From an uncultured Candidatus Rokubacteria bacterium (GTDB taxonomy: Bacteria > Methylomirabilota > Methylomirabilia > Rokubacteriales > DASRDR01), in the NCBI GenBank assembly GCA_963805625.1, contig CAWDVE010000013.1:288001-352000 (forward strand): a stretch of 64,000 nucleotides of DNA, written 5' to 3'. Below are positions 21,211 through 32,362 of the stretch, in pieces; positions within the stretch are counted from its first letter, which is position 1, and every line of letters starts with the position of its first letter. The translations under genes and the position numbers were made by a program. The notes beneath the pieces were generated by a model that was given only the letters and a program-made list of their open reading frames with translations, was not told the origin of the DNA and made no database searches.

Positions 21211-21650
21211 GTGGCAGTTCCCGGGCAGCTTGCATGCGTCGTTACGGCAACCTTCCTTCACTTCATGTCGCTCTACTACCTCCTACCCACTCTGCCTCTG
21301 TACGTTCAAAGTCTAGGCGGCTCCAACTCCGGGGTTGGTCTCATCATCGGCATCCTGGCACTCACCTCCCTGGCGGCGCGGCCCACGGTGCTCGCGGGAT
21401 TGGGCATCGGCAGCTCGCACACTATGCTGATCAGCTTGGTGGTGGACCGCGCACCGGGCAGGAATCGGGCCAGCAGCGTGGCGGGATTCGCCGCGTGCTG
21501 GGTGCCGGGAGTCGGGGGTGGGACGATCATCATGGGCCGCCTGGCGGACGCCGCGGGCTTCGAGGTAGTGTTCCTGGTGGCCGCCGGCTCCCGATGCTGG
21601 GTCTCGCCGGCCTCCGCAGACTCCGTGACCGTGAGGGGGGAGGCGCTCAG
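21211..21650 (+). pseudogene. MFS transporter with large internal deletion
   Basis: TM1-2 (LLPTLPLYVQSLGGS..VGLIIG..AARP) joined directly to TM10-12 (LAGLGIG..VDRAPGRNRASSVA..GRLADAAGF). Confidence 0.7.
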
Positions 21651-23407
21651 GCTCCGAAGTAGGTTCCCAGGGTCTCCAGCCGACCTCCGAATGGCGCCAC
21701 CTCGTCCGGATCGATCTCGACGTCCAGCACGGTCGGACGGCCACTCTGAAGGATCCTTCCGATGAGCTCCCGGTTGATCTCGCCCGGCTCCCGGATGCGA
21801 AAGGCCTGCGCTCCCAGCCCCTCCGCCACCCGGGCGCAGTCCACGCGCGGGTATCGAGTGGCCACGTCGGGCAGGTCCATCATCCGAAGCGCGTGATAGG
21901 CCATGCCATACCCGGCGTCGTTCAGCACAACCCAGATCACCTGTTTGCCGTAGTGGACCGCGGTCGAGACTTCCATCCCGTTCATGAGGAACCCACCGTC
22001 ACCCGTGATCGAGACGACCACGCGGTCCGGCGCCGCGAACTTCCCGCCGATCGCGCCCGCCACCCCGAAGCCCATCGAGGCCATACCGGTCGCACAGAAG
22101 AAGGTCCGCGGGTAGAGACTCTGCCAGTAGTGAATCGCCCACGACCGGTTCGCCCCCCCGTCGACAAACACCAGGGCGTCCCGCGGCAAGGCCTCCTGGA
22201 GATCCCGCATCAGGCGTTGCGGCTTGATCGGTACCGCGTTCGAGTCCATCACGCAGGCGTTCAGAACTCTCGGACGGTCCGGGGGCGGTGCGAGCTTGCC
22301 GTTGCCGCGCCGCCAGTGCAGATACCGTTGTTGCTGCCGGCGAATCTCGTAGCAGAGCTCGGTGAGTCCGGACTTGGCATCTCCGATCACTGGCACGGTG
22401 ACATCGTAGTTCTTGCCGATCTCGTACGGGTCGATGTCGACGTGAAGCAGTGCCTCGCTCGGCTGGAGCCGGCGATCCCAGCCCAACGTGCCCCATTCGC
22501 TGAAACTGGTCCCCACGGCGAGGAGGACGTCCACGCCGCTCTCCAGGAGATGCCACTGCGCTAGCGGCGACCCCGAATACCCGAAGGGTCCCACGGAGAG
22601 CCGGTGGTCCTCCGGGAACGCGCCCTTTCCCTTGGGAGTGGTCGCGACGGGGATGTCCAGCATCTCGGCGATGGCCCGGATCTCGTCGGACGCGTTCGAA
22701 AGGATCACGCCGTACCCGGCGAGGATCGCCGGCCGCCGCGCTCGGAGGAGACGCAGCGCCGCCTGCTTGATCGCCGCCCGGTCGTAGGTCCGACTCGAAT
22801 GAATGGGCGTGGTCACTTTCGTAGGCCGCTGGATCGTTTGATCCTGCACGTCGGAGGGGAGGCTCAGATGGACCGGCCCCGGGCGCCCCCCGAGCGCCAT
22901 GCGCAAGGCCTTCTGCCACACGGCGGGAAGGCGATCAGCCCTGAAGACGAGCGTGCTGTAACGGGTGACCTGCTTGAACACATCAACGATGTCGATGCCT
23001 TCGGTGCTGGACTCCTGAAGGGCTCCTCTGCCGAAGGACTTCGTAGCCACCTGGCCCGTGAACACAACGATCGGCACGGAATCGGCGTACGCGGCGGCAA
23101 CCCCCGTGATCAAGTTGGTAGCTCCGGGACCCGACGTCCCCACGCAGGCCCCGAGCCCGCCGCTCGCACGCGCGTAGCCGTCGGCCATGAACGCGGCTCC
23201 GGCCTCGTGCTTGGTCATGACGATCTGGGTCCGGCGTCCCACGGTGGCTGCGAAGAAGGGGAAGACAGCGCCGCCAATCACGCCGAAGACATACTTGACG
23301 TCTGCGTCCGCGAGGGCTTCGACGAGATACTCGGCAGCCTTGCACTCCGTCGGCGGCCTTCCCAATGCCCCGTTTCCCCTGCTCTTGGATTCAGGGGCCA
23401 CCTTCAC
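21647..23407 (-). CDS. thiamine pyrophosphate-binding protein (acetolactate synthase-like)
   Basis: KHEAGAAFMADGYAR, TSGPGATN, GDGGFLM...VLND ThDP motif. Confidence 0.9.
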   Translation of the reverse strand: MKVAPESKSRGNGALGRPPTECKAAEYLVEALADADVKYVFGVIGGAVFPFFAATVGRRTQIVMTKHEAGAAFMADGYARASGGLGACVGTSGPGATNLITGVAAAYADSVPIVVFTGQVATKSFGRGALQESSTEGIDIVDVFKQVTRYSTLVFRADRLPAVWQKALRMALGGRPGPVHLSLPSDVQDQTIQRPTKVTTPIHSSRTYDRAAIKQAALRLLRARRPAILAGYGVILSNASDEIRAIAEMLDIPVATTPKGKGAFPEDHRLSVGPFGYSGSPLAQWHLLESGVDVLLAVGTSFSEWGTLGWDRRLQPSEALLHVDIDPYEIGKNYDVTVPVIGDAKSGLTELCYEIRRQQQRYLHWRRGNGKLAPPPDRPRVLNACVMDSNAVPIKPQRLMRDLQEALPRDALVFVDGGANRSWAIHYWQSLYPRTFFCATGMASMGFGVAGAIGGKFAAPDRVVVSITGDGGFLMNGMEVSTAVHYGKQVIWVVLNDAGYGMAYHALRMMDLPDVATRYPRVDCARVAEGLGAQAFRIREPGEINRELIGRILQSGRPTVLDVEIDPDEVAPFGGRLETLGTYFGA

Positions 23408-23644
23408 CGTCGAGTCACCACGGCGTGCTCCTCGTCATAAGGGAGCTGGCCAGCCCCACCGGTCAGACCGGATGCGCCGACGACCCAGTCGCGTTCGCCT
23501 GATGCTACATCCGGGTTGCCCCGAATGTCACGATTTTGCAGCAATAATTCCCGATGCCTTGGATCAGGCCCGTATCCGAGCGGATACGTGCAGACCAGAG
23601 CGGCAGGCCACAACCGGGCGGCCGACGATCCGGGGGAAAGGCCT

Positions 23645-23890
23645 TCAGGACCCGGCGAACGCCCGCTGGACGACGCCCCGCACGTCGGCGGCCACGAAGG
23701 GCTTGCTGAGCGTCGGCGCCCCACGTTGGATCACGAACTCCATGGCGGCACCGAGCGCGTCGCCCGCGAGGAAGACGAATCGGGTGTAGAGCGTCGGATA
23801 CCGCCGCTGCACCTCGCCAAACAGCGTGGGGCCGTCCATCTCGGGCATGGGGAGATCGCTGACGACGAGGTCGTCCGTACTGGCATCGAT
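23645..23890 (-). pseudogene. response regulator receiver, N-terminally truncated
   Basis: [14 protein letters not shown]...LSKPF, but no N-terminal acidic pair/beta1. Confidence 0.6.
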
Positions 23891-23964
23891 GTTGCTCACT
23901 CTTCCGGCTCGACGGCGTGGCGGATTACATGCGAGAGAGCGGTAGACTCTCACCGGGGTCGGGG

Positions 23965-26900
23965 ATGTTCCATCGCTTGAGCCTCAAGACGATCCTGATC
24001 GGTGGCGCGGTGCTCGCCGCGGCAATTCCGGCCGTGCTGGTCGGGATTGCGCTGGTCAGCTCGCTTCACGACTCCGCGATCCAGGAAGCCACCGCGCGGT
24101 ACGAGCTGCTCGCCCAAGGGCTCGCCTCGGAGCACGACCGGTTCCTCACCTCGCACCGACAGGCGGTCCAGATGCTGACACGTCACATGGAGGACCAGCG
24201 CTCCCTCGGCGACGGCGAGGTGGCGCTGCTCCTCGCTCGAACGAGAGCCAGCTACCCTGAATTCGAAGCCATCGCGCTCGTCGATCGGTCGGGCCGGATC
24301 GTCGCGTCGAACCCTTCGACGACCGAGGACGGCCGCAGCACGACCGGGATCGACGTGTCCGACCGGGAGTGGTTCCAGGAGATCGTCCGCAGTCGCCGGA
24401 TTGTCGTGCACCCCGACGTGGAGGCGAGCCGGATCCGTCAGAGCAGTCTCGGCCTCCCGATCGGCGCCCCCATCTCTGACGGGTCCGGCGGCTTCCGGGG
24501 AGCGGTCGCCGCGTGGCTCCGGCTGGACGCGATTCAGACCCTCACCGACCGGGTCCGCTTCGGCCACACGGGGCACGCGCAGATGACGACGGCACGGGGC
24601 AGACTCCTCGCGCACGAGAGCCCGGCCTATGTCCAGGAGCGTAAGGACTTCTCCCTCCTGCCGATATGGCCCATTGTCGCGTCCCGAGACTCCGGTCAGA
24701 TTCCGCGGTACGCGGGCATGTCCGGCATCGAGCGTCTGGCGGGCTTCGCGACCGTGCCCGATGTTGGATGGAAGATCTGGGTGAACCAGGCTCATGCCGA
24801 GGTCGAAGCCGATCTGAACGCGACCTACCGCCGCCTGCTGGGCTGGACGGCGTTGGCCCTCCTGGCGACGGTGGCGCTGGCCATTTCCGTCGCCACCTAT
24901 GTGTCCCGTCCCCTCGCGGCTCTCCGCAACACGGCCGGCGCCATCGCGGCGGGCGACGCGACACCGCAGGTTCCTCAGGGCGGCCCCCCGGAGGTCGCGG
25001 CGCTGGCGCGCGCCTTCGAGGCGATGCTCGGAAGACTGACCGCCGCCCAGGCGGCCCTGGAGTCGCGGCTCGGCGAAACGGCGGCGCTCCTGGCGATCGC
25101 CAAGGTCATCGGCGGGACCCTGGACCTTCCCGAAGCGCTCCGACGCATCTGCCGGGAGCTGGCACGCCTGACGGGCGCCGGGACCGTGGCCGCCCACCTG
25201 ATCGACGCGGAGCGAACCCAGCTCGAGCCGGTTGCGGCCTATCACGTGCCCAGGCACCTGCTCGAAGCCGTCGCGGCGAGCCCGGTTCCACTCGCCGAGC
25301 AGGGATTCCGGGAAACCGTCTTCGAGAGCGGCCGAATCGCTTGGAGCAACGATGTCACACATGACCCGCGCTTTGTCTTCCCGCTCTTCCGCGCGTTTCC
25401 TCACCAGTCGGGACTGATCATCCCGCTCGTCCTCGACGATCAGGTCGCAGGCACGCTCTACCTCGTCTGGTGGGAAGAGCGCCGCCGGTTCGACGACGCG
25501 GAGCTCGCCGTCCTCCAGGCGGTCGGGCGGCAGGCCGGGACACTCCTGCGGGGCGCGCGGCTCCACGCGGCGACCGAGCGCCAGGCGCGCCAGGCCACCA
25601 AGCTCTACGAGGTCGCGGGGCAACTTGCCTCCTCCCTCGATCTCGACCGGGTCCTGGACCGGGTCGCGGAGACGACACTCGATCTCCTGGGCTGCGACGC
25701 CTCGGGCTTCTACGCCTACGACGAGGCGCGGGGCGGACTGGTCCTCCGGCGGGGGCTCCACCTCGATCCCGAGCTGAGCCGGAACCTCGTGCTCCGACCC
25801 GGGGAAGGCGTCGCGGGCCGTGCATTCGCCGAGCGGCGCCCCGTGTGGACGCGGGATCGTGAGACCGACTCCGCGCTCGAGTACTCCCCGACAACGGGCG
25901 CCCTCGTCCGTGCGAAGGCGCCCCGTGCCTATCTCGCGGTGCCGGTCGCCAGCGGCGACACCCTCCACGGCGTGCTCATCTGCCACCACCTCCGGCCACA
26001 CACCTTCACACCCACCGAAGTCGAGCTCTTCTCGATTCTCGCCGCCCACACGGCCATCGCCCTCGAGCGCGCCCGCCTCTTTCACGAGTCGGAGGCTCGA
26101 CGCCGAGACCTCGGCACGCTCGTCGCCGTCACCCAGCGCGTCACACGCGGCCTGGACCTCCACACGGTCCTCCGGGGTATCACCGAGGCGGCCGCGGAGC
26201 TGTTCCACGGTGAGGCAGGCTTCCGGCTCGTGGAGGGCGAGTTCCTCGTTCGAGTGGCGGTGACGCCCGGAGCCGAGGAGACCACCACAAGGGAGCGGAT
26301 CCGGATCGGGGAGTCGATCAGCGGCCGGGTTGCAGCCACCGGTGAGCCGATCGTCACCGCCGACAGCGCGGCGGACCCATGGCTCTTGCCCGAGCACAGA
26401 GTGCGGACACGGAGCCATCAGATCGGTGCCCAGATGTCGGTCCCGGTTCGTATCGGGCATCGGATCCTGGGAGCGCTCAACGTCTACCGCGAGCTCGGCC
26501 ATCGATTCGACGACAACGCCCTCGCGCTCGCGACCAACCTGGCCGCCCAGGCGGGCATCGCGATCGAGAACGCCCGGCTCTTCGAGGAAGCCGAGCGCCG
26601 GCGACGAGCCGCCGAGAGCTTCACCGAGGTGGGCCGCGTCATCTCGCAGTCTCTCGACCCGCGAGAGGTTGCGGAGCGGATCGTCGAGAGCGTCCGCCGG
26701 CTCTTCGATGCCAGTGTGGCTTCGCTGTATCGCGTCGACGGTCCGACGGGTGATCTCGTCGCCCTCGCCCTGTCCGGCGACCTGGGACCAGGCTGGCAGG
26801 TCGGCTTGCGGCTCCCCGGCGGGACCGGCGCATCCGGGGTCGCCGTGCGGGACCGGCGGCCGGTGATGTCCGATGACCTGCTCAAGGACGCTCGAATCCC

Positions 26901-29112
26901 GATGACTGGGGAGATCCGGGCCCTCCTCCAGACGGCAAGCTTCCGGACCGCACTGGCGGTTCCGATCATGTTTCGGAATCAGGTGATCGGCGCCCTCTCC
27001 ATCGGGCGGCTGGAGGGTCAGACCTTCCAGGGCGACGAGATCCGCATGGCCCAGGCCTTCGCCGATCAGGCCGCCCTCGCCCTGGAGAACGCCAGATCGG
27101 CCACGGAGCTCCGGACCGCCAGGGACGCCGCGGAAGCGGCCAGCCGCGCCAAGAGCGAATTCGTCGCGAACATGAGCCACGAGATCCGGACCCCCATGAA
27201 CGGAATCACGGGAATGACCGAGCTCTTGCTGGACACCGAGCTCGATCCCGAGCAGCGCGAGTATCTCCAGATGGTGAAGACGTCCGCCGATGCGCTCCTC
27301 GACATCATCAACGACATCCTCGATTTCTCGAAGGTCGAGGCGGGCAAGCTCGAGCTGGACTCGGCCCGCTTCTCCATCCGCTCCACCCTGAGCCATACGC
27401 TGAAACCGCTGGCCTTCCGCGCCCACCAGAAGGGGCTGGAGCTCGCTGTCGACGTCGCCTGGGACACGCCCGACGCGCTCGTCGGGGATCCCGGCCGCCT
27501 GCGCCAGATCGTCCTGAACCTGGTCGGGAACGCGCTCAAGTTCACGGAGCGGGGCTCGATCGTCGTTCGGGTGAACGCCGAGGGAGAGACGACCGATACG
27601 GTGGAGCTCCACGTCACGGTAACGGACACGGGGATCGGAATCCCGCCGGACAAGCAGGCGCTTGTGTTCGAGGCCTTCGAGCAGGCCGACAGCTCCACGA
27701 CGCGCCGCTACGGTGGCACGGGGCTGGGGCTGGCGATCGCGCGGCGCCTGGTAGGCATGATGGGAGGCCGGATCTGGGTCGAGAGCGCGGTCGGCAAGGG
27801 CAGCACCTTCCACTTCACGGTCCGCCTGGGTATCGGGCGGCCCGACACGGCGACGGCGCCGCTCCCTGCCGAGCGGCTCCGCGGGCTGGCTGCCCTGGTG
27901 GTCGACGATCACGCGATCAACCGGCGCATCATCCTCGACATGCTGACCCACTGGGGCATCACTCCAGCCGTGGTGAGCAGCGGCAGCGCGGCGCTGGCGG
28001 CCGTCGAGAGAGCGCGCGCCGGCGGCGCCCCCTTCGCCCTGGTGCTGACAGACTCGGAGATTCCGGGGATCGACGGCTTCACGCTCTGCGAACGGATCAA
28101 GTCCGACCCCGCCAACGCGGGTACGACCCTGATCATGCTCTCGTCCGCGGGCCGGCCGGGGGACGCTGCTCGGTGCTGCGCGATCGGCATCAGCGGATAC
28201 CTCAGCACGCCGGTCACGGAGGGAGAGCTGCTCGACGCCATCCTGACGGCCACCAGCGCTCTGCCCAAGCCGGGCCAGCAACCGCACCTCGTGACCCGTC
28301 ACGTGCTCCGGGAGCGTCGACATCGTCTCCGCATCCTGCTGGCGGAGGACAACGTCGTGAACCAGCGACTGGCCGTCCGGCTGGTGGAGCGCCAGGGGCA
28401 TGCGGTCGTGGTGGCCGGGACCGGGCGGGCCGCGCTGAAGGCTCTCGAACGCGAGCGCTTCGATCTCGTGTTGATGGACCTCCAGATGCCCGACATGGAT
28501 GGCCTCGCGGCACTGACGGCCATCCGGGATCTCGAGGCGCGGGCATCCACCGGCGACTGGCAGCCAACGGCAGGCTCCTCGTTCGCCGCGGGCGGGCGGA
28601 TTCCGGTCATTGCCGTGACGGCGCACGCCATGCAGGGCGACAAGGAGCGCTGTCTCGCGGCCGGCATGGACGGCTACGTCACGAAGCCGATCCAGCCGGC
28701 GGCGCTCGCATCCGCCATCGAGCGCTGGCTCCCCCAGGAGAGCCTGCCTGCGGCGAAGCCTGCCTCGGCCCCCGTCGATCTCGTCGCTGCGCGACGGCTC
28801 GCGGGCGGGGATGAAGAGCTCCGCGCCGAAGTAGCCGCAGCGTTCATGGAGGGCTGCCGCCAGTACCAGGCCGAGCTGCGCGATGCCGTCCAGGCAGGCG
28901 ACCCGGTGCGAATCGAGCGGATCGCTCACACCCTGAAGGGCGCGGCGGGGGCCGTCGGGGCCACGACGGCGCAGGGACTCGCAGCCGAGCTGGAGGGGCT
29001 CAGTCGGGGCCGCTATGACGACCGCGTGGCGACCCTCTCCGGGGAGCTCGAGCAAGAGCTCGGCCGTGCCACGGCGTTCCTGGCCGCTCAGATCGCGGCG
29101 CAGCCCAGCTGA
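23965..29112 (+). CDS. hybrid sensor kinase TM-dCache-TM-HAMP-4xGAF-HisKA-HATPase-2xREC-HPt
   Basis: [32 protein letters not shown], two REC domains, AHTLKGAA HPt. Confidence 0.93.
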   Translation: MFHRLSLKTILIGGAVLAAAIPAVLVGIALVSSLHDSAIQEATARYELLAQGLASEHDRFLTSHRQAVQMLTRHMEDQRSLGDGEVALLLARTRASYPEFEAIALVDRSGRIVASNPSTTEDGRSTTGIDVSDREWFQEIVRSRRIVVHPDVEASRIRQSSLGLPIGAPISDGSGGFRGAVAAWLRLDAIQTLTDRVRFGHTGHAQMTTARGRLLAHESPAYVQERKDFSLLPIWPIVASRDSGQIPRYAGMSGIERLAGFATVPDVGWKIWVNQAHAEVEADLNATYRRLLGWTALALLATVALAISVATYVSRPLAALRNTAGAIAAGDATPQVPQGGPPEVAALARAFEAMLGRLTAAQAALESRLGETAALLAIAKVIGGTLDLPEALRRICRELARLTGAGTVAAHLIDAERTQLEPVAAYHVPRHLLEAVAASPVPLAEQGFRETVFESGRIAWSNDVTHDPRFVFPLFRAFPHQSGLIIPLVLDDQVAGTLYLVWWEERRRFDDAELAVLQAVGRQAGTLLRGARLHAATERQARQATKLYEVAGQLASSLDLDRVLDRVAETTLDLLGCDASGFYAYDEARGGLVLRRGLHLDPELSRNLVLRPGEGVAGRAFAERRPVWTRDRETDSALEYSPTTGALVRAKAPRAYLAVPVASGDTLHGVLICHHLRPHTFTPTEVELFSILAAHTAIALERARLFHESEARRRDLGTLVAVTQRVTRGLDLHTVLRGITEAAAELFHGEAGFRLVEGEFLVRVAVTPGAEETTTRERIRIGESISGRVAATGEPIVTADSAADPWLLPEHRVRTRSHQIGAQMSVPVRIGHRILGALNVYRELGHRFDDNALALATNLAAQAGIAIENARLFEEAERRRRAAESFTEVGRVISQSLDPREVAERIVESVRRLFDASVASLYRVDGPTGDLVALALSGDLGPGWQVGLRLPGGTGASGVAVRDRRPVMSDDLLKDARIPMTGEIRALLQTASFRTALAVPIMFRNQVIGALSIGRLEGQTFQGDEIRMAQAFADQAALALENARSATELRTARDAAEAASRAKSEFVANMSHEIRTPMNGITGMTELLLDTELDPEQREYLQMVKTSADALLDIINDILDFSKVEAGKLELDSARFSIRSTLSHTLKPLAFRAHQKGLELAVDVAWDTPDALVGDPGRLRQIVLNLVGNALKFTERGSIVVRVNAEGETTDTVELHVTVTDTGIGIPPDKQALVFEAFEQADSSTTRRYGGTGLGLAIARRLVGMMGGRIWVESAVGKGSTFHFTVRLGIGRPDTATAPLPAERLRGLAALVVDDHAINRRIILDMLTHWGITPAVVSSGSAALAAVERARAGGAPFALVLTDSEIPGIDGFTLCERIKSDPANAGTTLIMLSSAGRPGDAARCCAIGISGYLSTPVTEGELLDAILTATSALPKPGQQPHLVTRHVLRERRHRLRILLAEDNVVNQRLAVRLVERQGHAVVVAGTGRAALKALERERFDLVLMDLQMPDMDGLAALTAIRDLEARASTGDWQPTAGSSFAAGGRIPVIAVTAHAMQGDKERCLAAGMDGYVTKPIQPAALASAIERWLPQESLPAAKPASAPVDLVAARRLAGGDEELRAEVAAAFMEGCRQYQAELRDAVQAGDPVRIERIAHTLKGAAGAVGATTAQGLAAELEGLSRGRYDDRVATLSGELEQELGRATAFLAAQIAAQPS

Positions 29113-29133
29113 CTCCCCAGCCGGCCCCGACAG

Positions 29134-29320
29134 TCAGGTCGGCTCGCCGAGCGCGTCGCGCACGGCGTCCAGCAGGGCGGCCGGATCTACGGGCTTCTTG
29201 AGAATCCGGACCGCGCCTGCTGCCGCCGCACGGTGCTCCAGGGCGGCATCGCCACTGCCCGTCACGACCATGACCGGCATGGTGCTCGTCCTGGACGACA
29301 GCGCGAGTCTCTCGGCCACC
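29134..29320 (-). pseudogene. receiver domain C-terminal remnant
   Basis: PVMVVTGSGD...AGAVRILKKPVDPAALLDAVR; no phosphoacceptor region in frame. Confidence 0.6.
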
Positions 29321-29629
29321 AGGACTCGCCTTACCGGCATGAACGCAGGGCCTCAATCGGCCCGTCGCTCGTTCGGTCGGCACGATCAGGCTCCCGGCCC
29401 CCCATGTCCACAGGGCCGGTCGAGGCCTGAGAGATCTCACAGCCCGTCGCCCTCGTTTCCTCACGTACAATGCGGCCATGGCGTCCCAGGGCAGACCAGT
29501 CGAGGCCCGGCGACCTCCGAGGAGCGGCAATCCTTGTCTGGCCGGTGATACTATGGGCGCGGTCGCCCAACCGCACCCGGAAACGAAGCAATCGAGACGC
29601 GTGACTTTCAGAGGAAGGGGAAGCTAGCG

Positions 29630-30838
29630 ATGCGCCGACCGAACCGGAGCGCCGCCGCGGCGGCCGTCGGGCTGGTCTCGCTCCTCGTGCTGGCCGCCAC
29701 ACCGCTCGGAGCCCAGGAGCGCCCGGAGCATCCCTTCGCGCTGACGTTCGCAAACCTGCGAGGCGGGCGCGTGTTCACCGACAAGGGGTGCGGTCTCTGT
29801 CACGCGATCCGTGGCCTCGGCGGGATGGCGGGTCCGGACTTGAGCCGCATCGAGCGCAAGGGCTTCTTCGATCTCGGCGCCGCCATGTCCAACCATCTGC
29901 GCGGGATCAACATCAGGAAGCCCCCTCTCAGCGCAGAGGACGTCACGGGTCTCATCTCGTTCCTCTTCACGCTCCAGTACCAGGACGTGCCCGGCGACCC
30001 CAAGGCCGGCGAGGCGCTCTTCGGTACCAAGGGCTGCGTCCAGTGCCACGAGGTGGGCGGCAAGGGAGGGCGACGCGGGCCCAGCCTGGACTTCCTGAAG
30101 AGCGCCAACTCGCCCGTGCTGGTGGCCGCCGCCCTCTGGAACCACGGTCCCGATATGGGCGCGAAGCTCGAGTCGAGCGGCATCCAGCGCCCGACGTTCG
30201 AAGGACAGGAGCTGGCTGACATCATCTCGTACATCACCGCCGCCGCCCGGGACGGTGGAGGCGGAGCCGAGCGCGTGGTTCCGGGAGTGCCGGAGCAAGG
30301 CCAGAAGGTCTTCGCGGCGAAGCGGTGCGTGGCCTGCCACTCGGCCGCTGGGAAGGGCGGGAAGGTCGGACCGGAGCTGGCCCGTGGCCATCACGTCAGC
30401 CTCACCCAGTTCGCAGGGCTCATGTGGAACCACGCGCCCGGGATGTGGGCCCAGATGGAGGCGCGTGGGATCCAGGTACCACGCCTCAAGGGCCAGGAGA
30501 TGGCGGACATCGTCGCCTTCCTCTACGTCTCCCAGTACTTCGACGAGGCCGGGAATCGCGACCGGGGCCGCGCGGTCGCTGAGACGAAGGGTTGTCTCGC
30601 CTGTCACGCCGCCGGCGGCCGGGGCGGCAAGATCGGGGCGGATCTGGGGACGTACCGGGCCGCTCGCTCGTCGTCCGCCCTCGTGGCCGCGCTGTGGAAT
30701 CACCCTCGGTATCTCGAAGCCCGCCGCCAGGAAGTGCCCTGGCCGTCGCTGACAGGGACGGAGCTGGCGGACTTGAGCACCTACCTCGGCAGCCTGCCGC
30801 GGCCGGCGGTTTCCAAGACAGGCCCACCCAGCAACTGA
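29630..30838 (+). CDS. tetraheme c-type cytochrome with four tandem class I-like domains
   Basis: Signal peptide; CGLCH, CVQCH, CVACH and CLACH, each followed by G(P/A)xL and (W/S)NH. Confidence 0.9.
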   Translation: MRRPNRSAAAAAVGLVSLLVLAATPLGAQERPEHPFALTFANLRGGRVFTDKGCGLCHAIRGLGGMAGPDLSRIERKGFFDLGAAMSNHLRGINIRKPPLSAEDVTGLISFLFTLQYQDVPGDPKAGEALFGTKGCVQCHEVGGKGGRRGPSLDFLKSANSPVLVAAALWNHGPDMGAKLESSGIQRPTFEGQELADIISYITAAARDGGGGAERVVPGVPEQGQKVFAAKRCVACHSAAGKGGKVGPELARGHHVSLTQFAGLMWNHAPGMWAQMEARGIQVPRLKGQEMADIVAFLYVSQYFDEAGNRDRGRAVAETKGCLACHAAGGRGGKIGADLGTYRAARSSSALVAALWNHPRYLEARRQEVPWPSLTGTELADLSTYLGSLPRPAVSKTGPPSN

Positions 30839-30840
30839 GC

Positions 30841-30880
30841 AGTCCCGCTGGGGCGGCATCGCCCCAGCGGGACTTGTTCT
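30841..30880 (+). terminator. stem-loop after cytochrome gene (terminator or RNA stabiliser)
   Basis: Perfect 15-bp stem AGTCCCGCTGGGGCG-GCAT-CGCCCCAGCGGGACT followed by TGTTCT. Confidence 0.65.
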
Positions 30881-30962
30881 CCATTGCCGTCCCGCGACGC
30901 TCCCGAGCTCTGCCCGATACGGTCCCCTGATTTTTCCGACACTTACCCCCGAACGAATCTAC

Positions 30963-30978
30963 TGGCACGTCCGTTGCT
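30963..30978 (+). promoter_or_regulatory. sigma54 -24/-12 promoter
   Basis: TGGCAC-GTCCG-TTGCT. Confidence 0.75.
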
Positions 30979-31027
30979 CACCTGGCAGGGACGCGCTGTC
31001 ACAGTCCACTCGAGCGGGGAGGAAGCC

Positions 31028-31168
31028 ATGGTCCGTCATTGCCCCGAACCGAAGCGGCGTCCACTGGTAGCTCACGCGCTCATCCCCATGGTAGCGCTGT
31101 CCTTGCTATTCACCGTCGCGACCTTCGTCCTGTTGAGCCTGCCAATGGGAATGCGTCACGGCATGTAA
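31028..31168 (+). CDS. small single-TM hypothetical protein (46 aa)
   Basis: GGAGG RBS; MVRHCPEPKRR followed by a hydrophobic helix; first ORF after the sigma54 site. Confidence 0.5.
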   Translation: MVRHCPEPKRRPLVAHALIPMVALSLLFTVATFVLLSLPMGMRHGM

Positions 31169-31191
31169 CGACCCGTAAGGAGAACACTCCC

Positions 31192-32220
31192 ATGAGACGA
31201 ACCTGGATCTGGACACTGGCCGCGCTCGTGCTGACGACAGGGGTCGCCCTCGGACTCCTCGTCGGGCAGCCCGAGGCCCAGCAGAAGAACGTGCTGGTCG
31301 GCAAGAAGGTCGCCGCCGGGCCGACACTAGACGGTGTCATGGACGACGTCTGGAAGACCGCCCAGCCCCTCACGGTAAAGGCCCTCGGGGGAAAGAACCT
31401 GCCGGGGGGATCGACCGAGGTGACCATGCGCTCCCTGTACACCGACGACATGGTGTACCTCTTCGTCGAGTACAAGGACGCGACCGAGAGCGTCCGCCGC
31501 GAGCCGTGGCAGAAGCAGGCCGACGGGTCGTGGCAGCAGCTGAAGGATCCGAACGACAAGGGCGGCGACAACAACCTCTACTACGAGGACAAGGTCTCGA
31601 TCTTCTGGAACATCAACTCGCCGGCCTTCGAGCAGAAGGGTTGTCTCTCGGCCTGCCACACCGGTGAAGGCAAGCCGTACGGCAACATGTACACCCCGAG
31701 CGCGGCGGAGCGCCTCGACAACTGGCACTGGAAGAGCGTGCGGACCGGGACCCTGGGCCAGGTGGACGACCAGTACGTGGACGGCACCCGGTACGACAAG
31801 GAGAAGGCCCCCGAGGCGGGTCGCAAGAGCGATCCGAAAACCGCCGGCGGCTACAACAACAACGTGAGCGACGACAAGAAGGGCCCCAAGTTCGCGCTGC
31901 CGGGGAACAAGCCGGCGCCGCCCTATTGGATCGTCGACGCCGAGAAGGAGCCCTTCGACGATTCGAAGTACAAGGCCGGGGACGAGGTGCCAGGGATCGT
32001 CGTGGCGCCCTTCACCGGCGACCGGGGGGACGTCGCAGCCAAGTCCACCTGGAAGGACGGCGTGCGCAGGCTTGAGATCGCCCGGAAGCGCGCGACCGGA
32101 AGCGATTTTGACGTGCAGTTCACCGACAAGAAGGAGTACGCTTTCGCCGTTGCGGTCTTCGACAATGTGCAGGTGCGACACGCCTACACGCCGGGCGTGC
32201 TGAAGCTCGTTCTCGAGTAG
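31192..32220 (+). CDS. ethylbenzene dehydrogenase-related (EB_dh) heme-binding periplasmic protein
   Basis: AAGGAG RBS, signal peptide, YYEDKVSIFW, CLSACH, DNWHWKSVRT, FAVAVFDN...RH. Confidence 0.8.
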   Translation: MRRTWIWTLAALVLTTGVALGLLVGQPEAQQKNVLVGKKVAAGPTLDGVMDDVWKTAQPLTVKALGGKNLPGGSTEVTMRSLYTDDMVYLFVEYKDATESVRREPWQKQADGSWQQLKDPNDKGGDNNLYYEDKVSIFWNINSPAFEQKGCLSACHTGEGKPYGNMYTPSAAERLDNWHWKSVRTGTLGQVDDQYVDGTRYDKEKAPEAGRKSDPKTAGGYNNNVSDDKKGPKFALPGNKPAPPYWIVDAEKEPFDDSKYKAGDEVPGIVVAPFTGDRGDVAAKSTWKDGVRRLEIARKRATGSDFDVQFTDKKEYAFAVAVFDNVQVRHAYTPGVLKLVLE

Positions 32221-32235
32221 GTCGACGGAGAGGAT

Positions 32236-32263
32236 CGCCGGGAGGGGCCACCCCCTCCCGGCG
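32236..32263 (+). terminator. intergenic hairpin
   Basis: 12-bp perfect stem CGCCGGGAGGGG-CCAC-CCCCTCCCGGCG; no U tract. Confidence 0.45.
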
Positions 32264-32362
32264 TCGCGCCGACGCACGGGGTGGGATGCGAAGCCACCTT
32301 CGGGCCGCGGCGCTGGTTCGCTGATCGCCTGGGACTCGGCAGGGAGGAGGGCCCTGAGTGAC

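Noticed and set aside
23460-23525. Possible riboswitch (CCGGATG...CATCCGG stem) upstream of the ThDP enzyme
   Set aside because: Does not match TPP, SAM or c-di-GMP consensus well enough; an Rfam/Infernal search would be needed
23950-29055. 1701-aa minus-strand ORF
   Set aside because: Antisense shadow of the hybrid kinase; common in high-GC DNA, with no recognisable motifs
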